The position numbers and the translations under genes were made by a program. This document shows, one piece after another, positions 60,151 to 64,000 of a DNA stretch of 64,000 nucleotides; position 1 is the stretch's first letter; each line of letters opens with the position of its first letter. A model generated the notes under the pieces. It worked only from the letters and a program-made list of their open reading frames with translations, ran no database searches and had not been told where the DNA came from. This DNA comes from Amphiscolops sp. MND2022 (lineage: Eukaryota): positions 43,586,001 to 43,650,000 of the forward strand of contig OZ076420.1 of the NCBI GenBank assembly GCA_964187785.1. Direction: 5' to 3'.

Positions 60151-63100
60151 TTCGCCATACTTTTTTGCAATAAGCGTGTCGCGGAAATTATCCCGGTGTT
60201 AGCGGGCGTCTTGTTTCAACCTGTTGAAGGTAACGGGGCCCTCTGGTACAGCGATTTTGCAACTTTGACATGTTCGGGAAATTTTGTCAAAAATTCCAAT
60301 TAGATGTGTGCCGTGGCACTGATAATGTGATTGCTCTTTTTGCTGTTTCTACGAAATTGGCAGGTACTTCGACAACAAAGAGCAAGAACGAGCAAAAACA
60401 TAGGGGCAGCCGCCACAACAGTTGCCCATAAACTTCTGAAAATAGACTCTTTTACGGGTGATATCCCTGGTTTTCTTTGAATTTAGCATTATGCTACCTT
60501 AGGTAGCGGAAACCGTTAAAATGAGTCCTGTAGCCTAATTATCCTTTATTTGGTGATTGGAGTCCCTGCGCCCCAGCTTGTAGCTGTGTGGTTGGCCATA
60601 TTCGTGCCTGTTTTGATGTATTTTCACTGGTTTTAGCTAGCTCGAGCGCTAGTTTTGGCAGTTTTAGATCTTATTCCCCATTTTTGGACTTTTTCCCCAG
60701 TCACCCTGGAATTGGAACTTTGCCTTATTGTTGGCAATGTTTTTATGTGCTAATGAAGCGGTAGTCTTTAAAGAGTCATAAAGATGCCCGTTACTATTAG
60801 CAATCAAAAACTAGGACCGGTTGGACAGTATTCGTCGAAGCACGCACGGCCTCGGGCCGTATTTCACCCCTGGAGGCAAAATGGATCTGTGGCGAGGGGC
60901 GCATGTCCCGAGCGATTTACCCATTTCTGCAGGTTCTTCCACCTCTGTTAACGTGCTAAGCGACCGACAACAGCTTGCCGTTACAGAAGCTCGTGCGTAG
61001 GTTTGAAATTATGCAGTACGAGTAAACAATACTTTGACACTAGTCTCCATGGTTTGTCAACTTTTGTCGCCTGAGATTTTAGGTGTCTATGTCATGCTGA
61101 AATACCTTGTATGGAACCAAAAACTGAGTCAAATGTGGCCCAAATTTTATTTAGTTTTATGCGAAATTGAAATCATCAAAGAAAACAATAAAGTTCAAGA
61201 AATTGTACCCTAATTTATTCTGCTGAATCCTTTACTTCTGTCCTGGACATTTTTTCCCACAAACAGCAGTGCGGAAGATTATTCACATTTGTACAAAATT
61301 TTGTGATACAGAACAGTCAAATGTCATCAGAGAAGTTTTTAAATTATTTTTTTCAAAAAAGCCTGCGTTTCAAGGGTCTAACTAAATTGTGGACGGGTTG
61401 TTTATTTGAATGCCCCTGGTGATAGCAGAGTTTGGAGATATTTCGTCCTGTTTCAATTCGTCTTTCACAAATAAATGTTCAGTTTCTTCCTACACTACTG
61501 ACAAACTGTCCTCCAAAATAGTCATACTTCATTCGATGGTCCTTGCACAATGGGTGTAATGGACTGAAGAATGCTTATTAATATTTGATGGGAAATTTAA
61601 TACCCAATGAAAGTGACAGTCTGTCGAAAAATGAACCTAGAGTCATTACAAAACGTATCAGTCACCTTTACATTGTCGACAGTAAAGATCGGTTTGAAAT
61701 GTTTACTGAATAGAGAGAATAGACTGAATAGCGCCCTCTAAGACAGTCCTTAGTTTCTATATTCCTCCAACTGTTTCTTCTCAAGGCCACAATTCAACGA
61801 GTTGAACAGCTCTTTTGTGTACCTCTTTGGATGTCCTGTTTTTTTTCTAAGGCATTCAAAAAAGTAAACTTCTTCATATATGATCATTAATGAAAATTAA
61901 TGCATAAAAATTTGCAGAGGCAAACTAAACTGGGTTGCCACAAAGACCTTTTGAAACAATTCTACACTAGAATACTACAGTAGTGATTCTAGAAGAAGCA
62001 ACATAGCACGCGGAAATAAAGCAAATAAACAAATATCATTGGCTGATCAAGGTCATTTCATTGGTCGAGAGCGATTTCCAAAGCATCAATTTTTAGTTTT
62101 TTTGAATTTTTCACCCACTCACAATTTTTTGATTTCAAAATAATTCAGACAGAAAAATTCTCCCAAACATTTCGAATCTGACAATATAATTTTTTCCCGA
62201 AAATATTCTAAATTGTATTAGTATGAGCTTGTTTCAAGTTGATTAAGTTCAAAATCATATCTTAATACATGTATTTTTGAAAATGTCTAATTTTACAGCG
62301 TATTTTTTCTACCATTTTAGGATGATTTCTAAATCACAACATATCAAGGGCTTCAGTTAAATCAGGGGAGTCGATTGTACGTAAAATTTCTCTAAAATTT
62401 CAAGCAAAAAATGACTAAAAGTGAGAAAAACCTCAATTTTGAACTAAATTTGGTTAAAAATGGCCTATCGTAACTTCTACAATTTTCATCGCATAATCTT
62501 CAAATAAACATATTTGTAAACTAGATAAAAATCTAAGAAACTTTCACTTCTATCATTTTTCAAAAATCGCTCCTGTTTTAGAGATATTCGATTTTGAGAT
62601 TTGCCTTTTGTTGCTTTTAGAAATATCACTACTGTACTTCATACCTAAAGTAGGCATAGTCCTGTCTGAGCCTTTTTTCTCAGCTCTTGCATTCATGAAA
62701 ACATTGTCACGCTCAATTTCGACGTTAATCTCATAATCAATTGAAAATTTATTTCAACCCCTGTCTCTCAAAAACAAGACCCGAGATTACAAGATTTTAC
62801 AATAAAAAGAATAGATATATCTATTCTTTTTATTGTAAAATCTTGTAATTTCGTGTAATTTTATAAAATTTTGGGGACTTAGATACGTGTAATGAAAATG
62901 ATCCACGCTGAACAAAGTACTTCGTCAAGCTGGTCGACGTTGTACGGGAAAATTGCGAATCACGGAAAATATTCCAAAAAATACAAAATGTATAAATGAA
63001 TCTAACTATAATTAGGTTCATTGAACCTCTCTTACAATTTTCCAAATTCAAACGTCTGCTTTATAACGTTCAAAATATTAAAGCCCAATGTGAAGGCATT

Positions 63101-64000
63101 TATATACTAAGAATTTGGAGAAGTTACCATTTTAAAAATTGATCCGGAAACTTGTTAAGACAGTATTTTGGAACATTTTTTCCATCCGGAGCTGTGACTC
63201 ATTGGAAATGTTCACCATTTTGACCAACGAAAACGCCTCTTTTCAATAACATTGTATACGCTATTATTCGAGTATACTCAATTTCAAAAGAGTATACTTT
63301 TGGGAAAAGCGTTGCTTGAAAAAAGTTAGACGCTCTTTTAAAAATCGCCGCCATAATTACTTGAACAAGCATATTCAGTTATTCGAAGCCGTTATTCAAA
63401 TTAGCCTTTTTCAAGATTTATTCAAATTAGAACTCAACTGTTCGGTAAAAATGCCCCACCCACGAAAATACATCGAAGTTCACAGTTGGCGAGTAAAATC
63501 CCTTCGGTCTATGAAGATGATTCAAATTCGAAATTGTCATACCTTATTCCGAAATTAAACCACCTTCGACTACATTTGGTCATAAAAAGACCAAATTGCT
63601 TGAATTGTTGGAACTGCAGCTCAAACAGACTACAAAACTTCCTGGTATAGTTTGAACTGAAATTAAATACGTTTCAAGAATAAAAACAGTTCACTTCGAG
63701 AAATCAGCAGAAAATTGTCCGGAAAATACCGTGCTGAAAAAAGTTAGGAAAGCAGAGCCACATATGCGGTGAAGGAGTCGGGAACGGGTCAAAATATACT
63801 GAGAAACAAATTACGTACTTTTTTTGTGATTTGGTCATTTTCGGACTAATTTTGGCTGTTTCTCAGATCCCCGCCATACAATTTTGATGTTAATGCGCAC
63901 GCATGAGCACCTTTGGGTGTAGAATGACTGTGATAAATTTTATAAAATTGATATGGACAGTTTTGAGAATTTTGAATTTTTTATAGAAAGGTCGGGATAA

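Overview
AT-rich, repeat-dense animal genomic DNA with spliceosomal introns and no prokaryotic features. The centrepiece is a complete 16,247-bp Ty3/Gypsy LTR retrotransposon (7153-23399, minus strand). It has 1,911-bp TG..CA LTRs, a 5-bp CTTAT target-site duplication, intact gag and pol joined by a -1 frameshift site, and two unusual cargo genes. The first is an antisense, five-exon gene of about 1,260 aa with a BED-type zinc finger and a hAT-transposase-like core that appears catalytically dead; all four introns restore one continuous frame. The second is a sense accessory ORF (CxxC and VSQAAACDG motifs) that runs into the 3' LTR. A second Gypsy family at the window start (its 3' end, to 4341) carries a homologue of the accessory ORF and shares an identical 27-nt hairpin at the LTR edge. 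In both families, and in a solo LTR at 33.6-34.9 kb, gag starts inside the LTR. Four 3' exons of a class A GPCR (TRH-receptor-like) lie on the minus strand at 31571-49626. The remainder is degenerate Gypsy, LINE, Tc1 and SINE/MITE-like repeats, plus two near-perfect spacerless palindromes (about 205 bp and 870 bp). All analysis was by eye; no database searches were run.
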